Source: Thermoanaerobaculia bacterium (lineage in GTDB: Bacteria > Acidobacteriota > Thermoanaerobaculia > Multivoradales > JAIOJS01). From it: a stretch of 49,278 bases of DNA. This document shows, piece by piece, positions 1 through 10,688 of the stretch. The DNA is taken from contig JAIOJS010000395.1 of the NCBI GenBank assembly GCA_019911795.1, positions 1 through 49,278 on the forward strand, read 5' to 3'. The position numbers were made by a program, and so were the translations under genes. The notes under the pieces are model-generated. The model was not told the origin of the DNA. It searched no databases and saw nothing but the letters and a program-made list of their open reading frames with translations. The stretch's first letter is position 1, and each line of letters opens with the position of its first letter.

Positions 1-2
1 TC

Positions 3-380
3 ACCAGCGCGGTCCTGATCATCGACGGCCAGCCGGTGACGGCCGAAGTGACGGGAGGCCAACGGCGGACCCAGCTTCGCTACGCCTCACCAAAACCGCT
101 GCGCGGAGTCGTCTCGGTCGGAGTCCAGATCCAGGACCTCGCAACCAACGCCATCGACCGCGAGGTGGCCCGCTTCATCATCGCCGGCACCACCTTCATC
201 GAGGGCGACATCGACCAGGACGGTCGCGTCGACGGCGTCGATCTCGTGCTCCTTGCGCGAGCGTTCGGGACCACCGTTGGAGAGACCCGCTACGACTCGG
301 ACGCCGACCTCAACGACGACGGCGTCATCGACGGCAAGGACCTCGCGGTCCTGGCCACGACCTTCGGCGAGTCGCTCTAG
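3..380 (+). CDS. 3' end of a secreted protein ending in a dockerin/EF-hand-like Ca-binding repeat pair (5' end lies outside the window)
   Basis: The frame is open from base 3. There are two repeats, DIDQDGRVDGVDLVLLARAFG and DLNDDGVIDGKDLAVLATTFG, typical of dockerin type I modules. The stop is TAG at 378-380. Confidence 0.6.
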   Translation, partial: TSAVLIIDGQPVTAEVTGGQRRTQLRYASPKPLRGVVSVGVQIQDLATNAIDREVARFIIAGTTFIEGDIDQDGRVDGVDLVLLARAFGTTVGETRYDSDADLNDDGVIDGKDLAVLATTFGESL

Positions 381-465
381 TGAGCAACGGCGGCGACGGC
401 AACAGCGGCGGCAGCGACTGCGGCTCGTCGGCCCCGAAGCTCGGGCAGCTCGCGACCGGGTCTCG

Positions 466-1686
466 ATGAGGGTCGGAGTTCTCGCCCACAGCTTCCCCCG
501 CTTCCAAGGCGACACTCACGGCCCCTTCGTCAAGCATCTTTCGGAGGCGGTCGCTCGCCGCGGGCACTCGGTGGATGCTCTGATCCCCTGGGACCCCGAG
601 ATTCGTCCTGACCCCGACACTGCGATCGAGATCTCGACTTTTCGCTATATCTGGCCGCCCTCATTCCATCAGTTGGGTTACTCGCGGACCCTGCGTAGGG
701 ACATCAGGTTGGCCGCCGGTGCCTATCTGCAATCACCGTTCTACTTCGCTTTTGGCGAGCGTGCCCTCGAACGACTGAGTCGTCGTGCAAGGCTCCAGTT
801 GGTGCACGCCCACTGGCTCCTCCCCAACGGTTTCATCGCTGCGCGGGCGAGCGCGGCCACCGGTGTTCCGTTCGCCGTGACCCTCCACGGTTCCGATATC
901 TTCATGGCCGAACGCAACCCGCTCTTTCGGCGCATGGCGAAGTTCACCCTGGCCCAGGCGGCCCACGTGACCTCTTGCAGCCCTGATCTGAAGGATCGCC
1001 TCATCACGCTTGGAGGCGTCGAGCACCGCGACAAGGTTCACCTGGTGGCAAACGGTACTGAAGTGGTCGACGAAGGACCACCTGCCCTGGAGTTGCGGGC
1101 GAAGCTGGGTCTTCCCATCGAGGGTCCACTGCTCGTCGCGGTGGGAAGATTGGTGGACAAGAAGGGATTCCGCTTCCTTCTCGACGCGCTCCCGGCATTG
1201 CTTGCGCGACAGCCCGACGTGCATCTCGCCCTCGGCGGCGGTGGTCCACTGCTCGAGCCGTTGGAGCGGCAAGCCTCCGATCTGGGGGTCAGCGAACACA
1301 TCACCTTCCTGGGCCCCCTGTCTCACCCCGATGTGTTGAACTTGATCGCGGCCGGCGACGTGTTCGTCATGCCCTCGGTGCGCGACCCGCGCGGCAACAT
1401 CGACGGCCTGCCGATCGTAGTCCTCGAAGCCATGGCGGCGGGGAGGGCGGTGGTCGCGACCGAGATCGCCGGGCTTCCGCTGGCCGTTGAGCCGGGCGTG
1501 ACCGGGGTCCTCGTTCCGGAGAAGGATCCCGACGCTTTGAGCGTCGCTATCGCCGATCTCCTCGGCACCCCGGGGCGATCCGCCGAGTTCGGAGTCCGAG
1601 GGCGCGAGCGGGTCAGGACCGATCTCAACTGGGACGCCATCGCCGCCATCCACGAGGGTCTCTACCTAAAGGCGATTGGCTCATGA
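466..1686 (+). CDS. Glycosyltransferase family 4 (GT-B fold)
   Basis: Within the 253..1686 ORF the sensible start is ATG 466 (MRVGVLAHSFPRF...). The C-terminal motif EGLPIVVLEAMAAGRAVVATEIAGLP..VEPGVTGVLVP is the E-x7-E motif of GT4 enzymes. The upstream ORF part is R/S/T-rich low-complexity sequence. Confidence 0.85.
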   Translation: MRVGVLAHSFPRFQGDTHGPFVKHLSEAVARRGHSVDALIPWDPEIRPDPDTAIEISTFRYIWPPSFHQLGYSRTLRRDIRLAAGAYLQSPFYFAFGERALERLSRRARLQLVHAHWLLPNGFIAARASAATGVPFAVTLHGSDIFMAERNPLFRRMAKFTLAQAAHVTSCSPDLKDRLITLGGVEHRDKVHLVANGTEVVDEGPPALELRAKLGLPIEGPLLVAVGRLVDKKGFRFLLDALPALLARQPDVHLALGGGGPLLEPLERQASDLGVSEHITFLGPLSHPDVLNLIAAGDVFVMPSVRDPRGNIDGLPIVVLEAMAAGRAVVATEIAGLPLAVEPGVTGVLVPEKDPDALSVAIADLLGTPGRSAEFGVRGRERVRTDLNWDAIAAIHEGLYLKAIGS

Positions 1687-3521
1687 AGAACGAACGCCTC
1701 CGTGGTCTTCCTGCGGCGATCCGGCGTGGCCTCACCGTCGGTTGGATCGGTGGGTTCCTGGTAGGCCTCTACACCGCCAGCCAAGTCCTCGGCTTCAGCT
1801 TCTGGCTGGCCCTGCTTAACCTTCTCGAAGCTGTCGCTACCGGCCTAGGGATTGGCCTAGCTATCGCGGTGGTTGGCTGGGGACTGGGGCAGATCCCGGC
1901 CCTCGGTCAACACCGGTGGGGCGGTCTAGTCGCCCTGCTCGTTGCCACCGCTCCCTGGCTAGCGTTGGCGGGCTATGTGCTCAATCGGTGGCTCGGTATC
2001 CGACCCTCACAGCTTCTCAGCCAGAAAGCGCTGACTCCGAACATCATCCTCATCCTGGTAGCAACCTTCGCCGCGGTTTGGATTTCACGAGGCCTCGGGA
2101 AGCCGCAAGTACGATGGTCGTGGCGTCTCCTCGGCGCCTCCCTGAGTCTTGTGCTCGTCCTTCTGGGGCTGCGTTTCACGGTCTTTGGGCCGGGCCAGGA
2201 GAAGGCTCGCGACGATGTTTTGATCCTTCTCGTCGACGCCCTGCGGGCCGATCGACTTGGGGCCTACGGGTACTCGCGGGAAACGAGTCCGGCCATCGAT
2301 CGGTTGGCCGCTGATGGGGTGCGCTTCGAGTCGGCCATCGCGGCGAGCACCTTCACCAAATCGAGCGTGGCCTCGCTCTTCACCGGTCAGTATCCCTACG
2401 AGCACGGCGTCTACTGGGGAGTTTGGAACGACCCTTCCGGGGGTGCACACTCCGACGTCTTGCCCGATAGTGCGGTGACTCTCGCCGAGGCCTTCCGCCA
2501 TCGCGGCTACCTCACCGAAGCTTGGGTTCAGAACAGTCACCTTCTTGCTGCCTTCGGCTTCGACCAGGGCTTCGTGCGCTACCGGGACCAGCAGGGGCAC
2601 GCTCAGAGGATCAATCGGCTCTTTCGACGGTTTCTCGACCGCGGGGGTAACCGATACCCCTACCTCGCCTATCTGCACTACATCGACCTCCACGCCCCCT
2701 ACCGGCCGCCGGCCGCGTACCGGAGGCTGTTCGGCGCCTCGGGTCAAGGCTACCGGGGCATCGACACCGAGAAGTGGGGGCAGTATCTTGCCGATGTGCG
2801 GTCCGGAACGGTGAAGGTGGAGGCGGAACGGCTGGAGGAGTTCGGCAACCTCTACGATGCCCAGATCCGCGCGGTGGACGACGAGATCGGCGCCCTTCTC
2901 GAGGACCTTCGAAAGCGCGGTCGCTACGACGATACCCTCATCGTACTCACCGCAGACCATGGTGATGCTTTCGGCGAGCACGGCGTGATCTCACACAGTA
3001 CCGGTCCCTACGACGAGCTCGTTCGCGTTCCGTGGATCGTCAAGCTGCCGGGCAACCGGATGGCGGGCCACGTAGTATCTGACCAGGTGAGCCTGGTGGA
3101 TGTATTTCCGACTCTGTTGGACGCGGTCGGAATCAACGACGTGACGGCAGTGTCCGGATGCAGCCGCTTTCCGGAGCTCCGCGGCGCCTCACGACCGGCT
3201 GGGGAGTGTGACGTGGCGATCTCCGAGATTGCCGAGGTGGAGGGCGCGGAGGCGACCCTCGGCCTCCGTACCGAAAGGTGGAAGTACCTCAGGTTTGATG
3301 GTGGACGGGAGGAGCTCTACGACCTCCAGTCGGATCCGGGCGAGCAGCGGAACTTGCTGCTCGAGATTCCGGATGTTCTCGAGCTATCCGACTTCCAAGT
3401 CGTCGTTGACTTTCGGCGCAGGGCCGAGGAGATCCTCGCCGCCCGGAACACGTCGCGAGGACGGGTTGAAGTCGACGCCTTGACCCTCGAGGAGCTACGC
3501 AGTCTCGGCTATGTGAAGTAG
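1683..3521 (+). CDS. Membrane-anchored sulfatase-fold (alkaline phosphatase superfamily) hydrolase/transferase
   Basis: About 5 N-terminal hydrophobic segments are followed by LILLVDALRADRLGAYGY...ASTFTKSSVASLFTGQYP and TADHGDAFGEHG, which are sulfatase-domain motifs. Its ATG overlaps the GT4 stop (ATGA at 1683-1686). Confidence 0.8.
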   Translation: MKNERLRGLPAAIRRGLTVGWIGGFLVGLYTASQVLGFSFWLALLNLLEAVATGLGIGLAIAVVGWGLGQIPALGQHRWGGLVALLVATAPWLALAGYVLNRWLGIRPSQLLSQKALTPNIILILVATFAAVWISRGLGKPQVRWSWRLLGASLSLVLVLLGLRFTVFGPGQEKARDDVLILLVDALRADRLGAYGYSRETSPAIDRLAADGVRFESAIAASTFTKSSVASLFTGQYPYEHGVYWGVWNDPSGGAHSDVLPDSAVTLAEAFRHRGYLTEAWVQNSHLLAAFGFDQGFVRYRDQQGHAQRINRLFRRFLDRGGNRYPYLAYLHYIDLHAPYRPPAAYRRLFGASGQGYRGIDTEKWGQYLADVRSGTVKVEAERLEEFGNLYDAQIRAVDDEIGALLEDLRKRGRYDDTLIVLTADHGDAFGEHGVISHSTGPYDELVRVPWIVKLPGNRMAGHVVSDQVSLVDVFPTLLDAVGINDVTAVSGCSRFPELRGASRPAGECDVAISEIAEVEGAEATLGLRTERWKYLRFDGGREELYDLQSDPGEQRNLLLEIPDVLELSDFQVVVDFRRRAEEILAARNTSRGRVEVDALTLEELRSLGYVK

Positions 3522-3661
3522 ATCCACGACTGGATCGCTCGAGCATGGCGTCGCCCAGGAACGACGTCGGCAAGGAATGAAGAAGGGTGGAGGACCGTAG
3601 GTTAGGAGCCCGGCCCCACGAGGCTGTGACCGGACAGCCACTCAGGAAGGACCCAATCTCG

Positions 3662-4553
<892 letters not shown>

Positions 4554-4564
<11 letters not shown>

Positions 4565-5831
4565 GATCCTAACGATCACCAAGCGGGAGTACTTCTCGCG
4601 CATCAAGACCAAGGGGTTTTGGATCAGTACCATCCTGATGCCCGTGCTCATGGTCGCCTGGATGGTGCTCCCCTCGTTGATCCTGTCGAAGAGCAAGGGT
4701 GGACTGCACCTCGCGGTCGTCGACGAGACCGGCCGTCTCGGCGAGGGCCTCGTGGCCGCAGTCGACGACCTGGTGAACCACCCCGAGCTACAGGTCGTCA
4801 TCGACCTCGAGATGGTGTCGCCTACCCCCGACTTGCCGGCGCTGTACGAGAGCCTCGACCAGCGCATTCGCGACGAGGAGATCGACGCCTGGTTGGCGCT
4901 CACCGAGGAGGGCGTGGAGAAGAATGTGCTGGAGTACCACGGCCGCAGTGTTTCCAACATCTTGACCCTCGAGTCGCTGGAACGGATGGTGAGTCGCCTC
5001 GTCCGCCAGGATCGCCTCGTCGCCGCGGGCTACGACCCAGAGGTGGTGGCCGATCTCACCCAAGGCGTGGACTTCGAGACCATCCGCGTCTCCGATAAGG
5101 GGAACGAAGCGGACGCCGGCTGGGGCAACCTGGCCCTCGCGATCGGTCTCTTCACACTCCTCTACATGGCAATCATCATCTACGGCAACATGGTCATGCA
5201 CGGGGTGCTGGAGGAGAAGAGCAACCGAGTGGTCGAGGTGATGGTCTCTTCGGTCACGCCCTTCCAGTTGATGGCGGGGAAGCTCCTCGGCATCGGGGCG
5301 GCCAGCCTGACCCAACTGAGCATCTGGATCGGTTCGGCCGCGCTGATTACCGCACCGGGGCTGGTGGCAGCGCTGAGCTTGGTTCCGGCGGATGTCGCTC
5401 TTCCTCAGCTCAGCTTGGTAGTGGTTGGACACTTCTTCCTGCTGTTCCTTCTCGGCTACACCCTCTACTCGAGTTTCTACGCGCTGATTGGCGCCGCCTT
5501 CAACAATCCGCAGGAAGCTCAACAGCTCGCGAGCTTCGGGATGGTCCTGCTAATCGCCCCCTGGCTCGTCTTTATGCCGATCCTGAACGATCCGGACTCC
5601 ACGCTGGCCGTCACGATGTCGCTGATCCCCTTCTTTACGCCCCTCATCATGATGCTTCGCATCGCCGTGAAGATGCCACCCGCTTGGCAGATCGCACTGG
5701 GCTACGTGCTGACTCTCGGCCTCGACATCCTCATGGTCTGGGTTTGCGCCCGCGTCTACCGGGTGGGCATCCTGATGTACGGCAAGCGACCGACCCTGCG
5801 CGAGATCCTTCGCTGGGCCCGATACAGCTAG
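4554..5831 (+). CDS. ABC-2 type transporter permease (NatB-like)
   Basis: MPNKILTITKREYFSRIKTKGFWI is followed by one TM segment, a large loop and about 5 C-terminal TM segments. It overlaps the ATPase gene by 11 nt. Confidence 0.8.
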
Positions 5832-5845
5832 AAAGTCAATGTCGG

Positions 5846-5866
5846 CATGGCCTAGGAAAGGCCATG
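5846..5866. terminator. Hairpin between convergent genes (possible bidirectional terminator)
   Basis: CATGGCC-taggaaa-GGCCATG forms a 7-bp stem. It lies between the permease stop (5829-5831) and overlaps the TetR stop (5852-5854). There is no clear U-tract. Confidence 0.25.
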
Positions 5867-6460
5867 GTCTGGGGCGCCGGAGCGGAGGGCGCCGATCGCC
5901 ATGCCTACCCAGCGCGCCCGTAGGTCGGCTTCATCGTCCCAGCGATAGCGCGTGTCTCCGAGGCGCTCCAGGAGAGCGCGGTCGGGTAGCCAGAGAAGGG
6001 ACGATCCCAGGACCTGGCAAAGCGCGAGGTGAATCGAGCGCCGCTCGAGCTCGGGCTCTAGGCGCGCGATGATCGACTCCAGACTCGCCAATCCTCGAGC
6101 CAGCTCAGCCGACACCGCATTGCGAAGTCGGGCATCGCTTCCAACCAACGCTCTCGCGACGAGAGCGGCCCGGGGTCGGTTCTTGATCAGGGACGACAGG
6201 AACGTCTCGAGGACGCTCTCTAGACGAATGCTGTCATCATCCTCCGCTTCCAGGCTCCAAGCTGCGGAGAGATTCCGGGCAGCCTCTCCCACCACCTCCC
6301 GGACGAGACCGTCCCTGGAGCCAAAGTGGTAGTGGATCGCCGCCACATTGGCCCTGGCCTCGGTTGTCACCGAGCGAACTGATGCCGCCTCGAGGCCTTC
6401 CTCGAGGAGGACCTTGCGAGCCGCCGCGAGGAGCCGCTGGCGGGTGGTCTCAGTCGCCAA
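5852..6460 (-). CDS. TetR/AcrR family transcriptional regulator
   Basis: The N-terminal HTH region is RQRLLAAARKVLLEEGLEAASVRSVTTEARANVAAIHYHFGSRDGLV. The start is TTG at 6460. Confidence 0.85.
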   Translation of the reverse strand: MATETTRQRLLAAARKVLLEEGLEAASVRSVTTEARANVAAIHYHFGSRDGLVREVVGEAARNLSAAWSLEAEDDDSIRLESVLETFLSSLIKNRPRAALVARALVGSDARLRNAVSAELARGLASLESIIARLEPELERRSIHLALCQVLGSSLLWLPDRALLERLGDTRYRWDDEADLRARWVGMAIGALRSGAPDHGLS

Positions 6461-6503
6461 GGATGCCCCGACTGTTGGAAGTATCTGGACTCAACATCAA
6501 TGA

Positions 6504-6532
6504 ATTATAAAACCAACACTTGTTTCAAGCAA
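6504..6532 (-). promoter_or_regulatory. Sigma-70-type promoter candidate for the TetR gene
   Basis: On the minus strand this reads TTGCTT-N17-TATAAT, inside the only AT-rich patch of the region. The spacer carries the imperfect dyad AAAC-N8-GTTT. Confidence 0.35.
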
Positions 6533-6819
6533 TCGTTTCCCGCAGAGTCGCCCACATCCCTCCTCGAACGGGGCGTCCGTCGAAGATGGCGGCTCCGACT
6601 GCCCGCAGAACGAGGCTAGCGCCCGAGACCTCCCACTTCGTTGGACGGATCCCGGGAGGCTGACCTGATGGGCACCGCTTCGCCCGGAAGGCGCAGCGGT
6701 CTTACAGAATCACTCAACACAGAACGAGCCGCGGACTCGGTCCTCAGCAATCTGCCGGCCTCGAGAAGGGCTCCCATCGGCAGTCGATGGTGCGTCTCGG
6801 GCGGTGGGACCGGTGCGAT

Positions 6820-6894
6820 TGGCTCCTGGGGAGGGACTTGAACCCCCGACCAGTCGGTTAACAGCCGACCGCTCTACCACTGAGCTACCCAGGA
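6820..6894 (-). tRNA. tRNA-Asn (anticodon GTT), CCA encoded
   Basis: The reverse complement folds as TCCTGGG-TA-GCTC..GAGC-G-GTCGG-CTGTTAA-CCGAC-TGGTC-GGGGG-TTCAAGT-CCCTC-CCCAGGA-G-CCA. This is a complete cloverleaf with a 7-bp acceptor stem. Confidence 0.9.
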
Positions 6895-6930
6895 ACGGTA
6901 ATCGAACGCCAAAGGGCGCCCGGGCGTCGG

Positions 6931-6959
6931 ATTCTAGGGAGACCGGCGAGCGCTGTCAA
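6931..6959 (-). promoter_or_regulatory. Sigma-70-type promoter candidate upstream of tRNA-Asn
   Basis: On the minus strand this reads TTGACA-N17-TAGAAT. The -10 element ends about 36 nt upstream of the tRNA 5' end. Confidence 0.45.
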
Positions 6960-7046
6960 GCACTTCCGGCCTCTACGCCGTCAGCCGCCCCCCCGACAGG
7001 GCGTCGGCGGGTCGACGACCTGACCCCCGATGGGGTCCAATGGGGG

Positions 7047-8708
7047 CTACATCCCTTCGAGGAAGGGTCGCAGCCGGGTCGCTCGACTCGGGTGGCGAAG
7101 TTTTCGCAAAGCCTTCGATTCGATCTGGCGAATCCGCTCCCGGGTCACATTGAAATGTCGCCCCACCTCTTCGAGAGTGTGCTCAGAACCCTCACCCACG
7201 CCAAAGCGAAGCCTCAGAACCTCCTGCTCGCGTTCGGTCAGGGTCTGTAGTACCCCCTCCGTCTCGGTCTGGAGACCGGTAAAGATCACCTTGTCGATCG
7301 GCGACTCGGCGTTCTTGTCCTCGATGAACTCTCCGAGGCTGGAATCTTCCTCCTCGCCGACCGGGGTCTCGAGAGAGATCGGCTCGCGCGCCATCTTGAG
7401 GATCTGCCGGATCTTCTCGCCGGGCAGCTCCATGATCTCGCCGATCTCCTCCGGCGTCGGCTCGCGTCCCAGTTCCTGCACCAGAGCGCGGGCGGTCCGG
7501 GTGACCTTGTTGATGGTCTCGATCATGTGAACCGGGATGCGAATGGTTCGCGCCTGGTCTGCGATCGCGCGGGTCACCGCCTGTCGGATCCACCACGTGG
7601 CATAGGTCGAGAACTTGTAACCCCGGCGATACTCGAACTTCTCCACCGCCTTCATCAACCCGATGTTGCCCTCTTGGATGAGGTCGAGGAACTGGAGTCC
7701 GCGGTTGGTGTACTTCTTGGCAATCGACACGACGAGCCGGAGGTTGGCCACGATTAGTTCTTCACGAGCCCGCTCCACCTCGGCCTCGCCCTGACGCACT
7801 CGGGCCAGGATCGCCCGCACCTGACGAAAGTCGACGGCGAACCGCTGCTCGAGCTCCTTGCGTCGAGCCTCGTGCTTGGCAATCCGCTCGCGCTTGAGCT
7901 TCTTGAGTTCGGCGTTCTCGGTGCGGGTCAGGTCGCGCTCATTGCGACGCACCTCATGGCGAATGCGTCCGTACTCCTTCTCGATTCCCCGCAACAACTC
8001 GAGAATCCGCTCACGCTCGGCCAAAGGCATGGCGACGCTGCGAATGTCCTTGGCCATCTTTTCGAGACTGCGATCCAGCTCGCGGACGACCTCTCCTCCT
8101 TCACGGGATCCTCGCCCCAAACGACGTCTACGCTGCTCGAGGCGACGAATCTCAGCGTCGGTCTCGGCAATGCTGGCAAAAAGGTCGAGCTGCCGCTCGA
8201 GATCTTCGACCTGCTTGGCGTCCAAGGTCCGCCCCTGACCATCGAGTCCGCCCTCGAGACCGAGTAGACCCCGCAGCGCAGCTGGATTCTCACCGAGGGC
8301 GATATAGACCTTCCATTCACCGTGCTCGATGCGCTGGGCGATCCCCACCTCGCCTTCGCGATCGAGGAGGTCGACGGCTCCCATCTCTCGCAGGTACATC
8401 CGGACTGGGTCACTGGTCTTCTCCGAGCCTCGGGCCTTGCCGTCGGACTCCTCCTTCTTGTCGAAGTCCGAGCCTTCTCCATCCTCCTCTTCGCGATTGG
8501 TGAAGGCAGTGGGCCGCGAGATGACCTCAACCCCTAGGTCCAGGAGTCGAGCCATCACCTCGTCGAGATCCTCGGTGTGTGCGAGTAGCTCATCCGGCAA
8601 AACGTCGGCGATCTCGTCGTACAGGAGGTAACCCTTGGTCAGTCCGCGGTCGGCCAACTGCCGGACGACGGGATACTTGACCTCGATCGACTCGTGCCCA
8701 TCCTTCAT
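7047..8708 (-). CDS. rpoD: RNA polymerase sigma factor RpoD (sigma-70)
   Basis: Region 2 reads [27 protein letters not shown] and region 4 reads [14 protein letters not shown]...[23 protein letters not shown] 8708 ([10 protein letters not shown]) has a GGAGG Shine-Dalgarno sequence and overlaps the dnaG stop (ATGA). Confidence 0.95.
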   Translation of the reverse strand: MKDGHESIEVKYPVVRQLADRGLTKGYLLYDEIADVLPDELLAHTEDLDEVMARLLDLGVEVISRPTAFTNREEEDGEGSDFDKKEESDGKARGSEKTSDPVRMYLREMGAVDLLDREGEVGIAQRIEHGEWKVYIALGENPAALRGLLGLEGGLDGQGRTLDAKQVEDLERQLDLFASIAETDAEIRRLEQRRRRLGRGSREGGEVVRELDRSLEKMAKDIRSVAMPLAERERILELLRGIEKEYGRIRHEVRRNERDLTRTENAELKKLKRERIAKHEARRKELEQRFAVDFRQVRAILARVRQGEAEVERAREELIVANLRLVVSIAKKYTNRGLQFLDLIQEGNIGLMKAVEKFEYRRGYKFSTYATWWIRQAVTRAIADQARTIRIPVHMIETINKVTRTARALVQELGREPTPEEIGEIMELPGEKIRQILKMAREPISLETPVGEEEDSSLGEFIEDKNAESPIDKVIFTGLQTETEGVLQTLTEREQEVLRLRFGVGEGSEHTLEEVGRHFNVTRERIRQIESKALRKLRHPSRATRLRPFLEGM

Positions 8709-10600
8709 CGAGCTCCCCCTCCCAGTGCCGCAGACTCGACGTGAAGGCGACGACTGAGGATCGCCTTCTCCGCCACCAGCCGCTCGAGGTTCCCAGCGTC
8801 TCCGTCCGACTGAGCCTGCCGGATCTCGCGCGCCAGGTCCTGCTGCCGCTGGGTCAACCAACGACGCCTCAGTTGAGCCAAGGCCCGGGTCAGCTCCTCT
8901 TCCCGCTTCTCTCGCGACACGGGAACGGGCGGAACGTCGAGAGCTTCGATTACCAATCGGGCAAGGAGTTCGACCGGACCCCGGCTCTCCTCCACCCGGC
9001 GACGAAGCCCCGCGATGCGGTCTTCGATGGGATCGGTACTCGCCGTTTCAACAAGAGAGAAGAGGGCCCGACAATCCGGATCCCAGAACATTTCAGGATC
9101 GACCGAAAGATCTCCCGACATCAGCTCTGGGAGGACCGGTCGGATCCCGGTACTCGCCTTGTTGTCACTACTCTTGTGGTCGTCGAAGAAGCTCAAGAGG
9201 AGGCGAAGAACCGCCTGCTCCTGGTCGAGCCCAGGAGTTCGGGTCGCCGCCTCCCTCGAAGACTCGGATCGGGCCGCTTCCCCGGAGTCGCGCGCCTCGG
9301 ACCGGTAGCGGCGCGACTTCGCTGAGCCTCCGAGGTGTTTCGTCATCAGGTCGAAGGGGATACCGAGACGCTGGGCGGCGATCCGGCCATAGGAATAGCG
9401 AAGGATGGGATCGGGCAGGGCGGACAAGAGCTCTCCGATCCTGGGGGCCAGCGAGGCCTGCAGTTGGGGTTGCTGGCGGGCATCGGCCGGAATCTGTCGT
9501 TCCAACTCGTCTTCGATCGCATCCGGAGCCGACTCAATGCGTTCGACCAACGCCTCATTGCCGGACTCCAGGCGGAGACTGTCGGGATCCACCCCGGCGG
9601 TGAACTCGGCCCGACGAACGGTCAATCCGGTGCGCAGGAGGATGGGCAAGGAACGAGTGTAGGCCTTCTCGCCCGCCGCATCGCCATCGAAGGCCACCAC
9701 GACCTCTTCTCCATAGCGGGCCAAGGCCTTCGCCTGCTCCGCGGTCAGCGAAGTCCCCATACACGCCACCGCTCCCTCGATTCCCGCCGCAACCGTTCCG
9801 AGAACGTCGAAGTAACCCTCGACCAGAATCGCCCTCCCACTGTCGCGAATCGCCCGCTTCGCCTGGTCCAGCCCGTAGAGCAGCGTCCCCTTGTCGAAGC
9901 GCTCCGTCTCACGAGTGTTGATGTACTTGGCATCGTCGTCGCCCAGCGTGCGCCCTCCAAAACCAACGATGCGGCCGGCCGCTTGTCGGATGGGAAACAT
10001 CAGGCGATTGCGGAAACGATCGTAGCCTTGCCCCCCCGGCTGCTTGGAGGGTGAAAGCAGCCCCGCCGCCTCGAGTTGAGCCGCAGGAAAGCGCCCACTC
10101 AATCCGCTCCTCAGACCGTCCCACCCTTCCGGGGCGTAGCCTAGGCCGTAGCGGTTTGCCAGCTCTAAGGGGATGCCGCGCTCGGCCAGGTAGGCGAGGG
10201 TCGGCGGATGTGCTGCCAACTGCTGGGAGAACCACGCCGCGGCGGCCTCGAGAGCGGGGCCGAGGTCCGGGCCCATCTTCGAGCGCCCCTCTTGGCGCGG
10301 AAGGGGGACGCCGTAACGACCCGCCAAAGCCTCGATCGCGGCCGGGAAGTCATCGCCGGAGAGCATCATGTGAAGCTTGATGGCATCGCCACCGGCACCG
10401 CATCCAAAACAGTAGAAGAGGTTCTGGGACGCCTCCACGGAGAAGGACGGGGTCTTCTCCTTGTGCAGCGGACAGAGGCCGATCTGCCGGTGTCCCCGAC
10501 GCTCGAGGCGAGTGTGTTCCTCGGCTACCCCTACGATATCCACGGCATCGCGAACCGCCTGGACGAGCTGTGGAGTGATATTGACGTGACCGAGTGACAT
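8705..10600 (-). CDS. dnaG: DNA primase DnaG
   Basis: It has the zinc finger [30 protein letters not shown] and the Toprim motif [10 protein letters not shown]. The start is ATG 10600 ([11 protein letters not shown]) with GGGGAG upstream. The longer listed ORF runs through mutS2 in another frame. Confidence 0.9.
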   Translation of the reverse strand: MSLGHVNITPQLVQAVRDAVDIVGVAEEHTRLERRGHRQIGLCPLHKEKTPSFSVEASQNLFYCFGCGAGGDAIKLHMMLSGDDFPAAIEALAGRYGVPLPRQEGRSKMGPDLGPALEAAAAWFSQQLAAHPPTLAYLAERGIPLELANRYGLGYAPEGWDGLRSGLSGRFPAAQLEAAGLLSPSKQPGGQGYDRFRNRLMFPIRQAAGRIVGFGGRTLGDDDAKYINTRETERFDKGTLLYGLDQAKRAIRDSGRAILVEGYFDVLGTVAAGIEGAVACMGTSLTAEQAKALARYGEEVVVAFDGDAAGEKAYTRSLPILLRTGLTVRRAEFTAGVDPDSLRLESGNEALVERIESAPDAIEDELERQIPADARQQPQLQASLAPRIGELLSALPDPILRYSYGRIAAQRLGIPFDLMTKHLGGSAKSRRYRSEARDSGEAARSESSREAATRTPGLDQEQAVLRLLLSFFDDHKSSDNKASTGIRPVLPELMSGDLSVDPEMFWDPDCRALFSLVETASTDPIEDRIAGLRRRVEESRGPVELLARLVIEALDVPPVPVSREKREEELTRALAQLRRRWLTQRQQDLAREIRQAQSDGDAGNLERLVAEKAILSRRLHVESAALGGGAR

Positions 10601-10613
10601 AGCTCTCCCCGAA

Positions 10614-10642
10614 ACGCTATTCCAAACCGAGTTAATTTCCAA
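10614..10642 (-). promoter_or_regulatory. Promoter candidate upstream of dnaG
   Basis: On the minus strand this reads TTGGAA-N17-TAGCGT, in the AT-richer 88-nt mutS2-dnaG gap. Confidence 0.25.
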
Positions 10643-10688
10643 ATGCGCCAACTCGGCCCAAATCGGCCCCAGCAAGCACAGCACGCTC

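Noticed and set aside
733-1653. A 306-aa minus-strand ORF inside the GT4 gene. Similar cases are 2085-2981, 20393-21322, 23230-24201, 32462-33622, 35352-36278 and 45118-46140.
   Set aside because: All are antisense or out of frame relative to strongly supported genes. They have biased R/G/P/E composition and no motifs. I treat them as GC-driven shadow ORFs.
6674-6700. A GGAA-loop hairpin resembling SRP RNA helix 8 (CCCGGAAGGCGCAGCGG versus the consensus GUCCGGAAGGAAGCAGCC)
   Set aside because: The 5' strand lacks the conserved AGG of the symmetric loop. The flanking sequence does not form the extended helix 5/8 pairing expected of 4.5S RNA.
6726-6745. The minus-strand GAGGACCGAGTCCGCGGCTC, resembling the RNase P RNA P4 motif GAGGAAAGUCCGGGCUC
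   Set aside because: The other universally conserved RNase P blocks (GGGUGAAAGGGUGCGGUAAG and ACAGAACCCGGCUUA) are absent from the 360-nt spacer on either strand.
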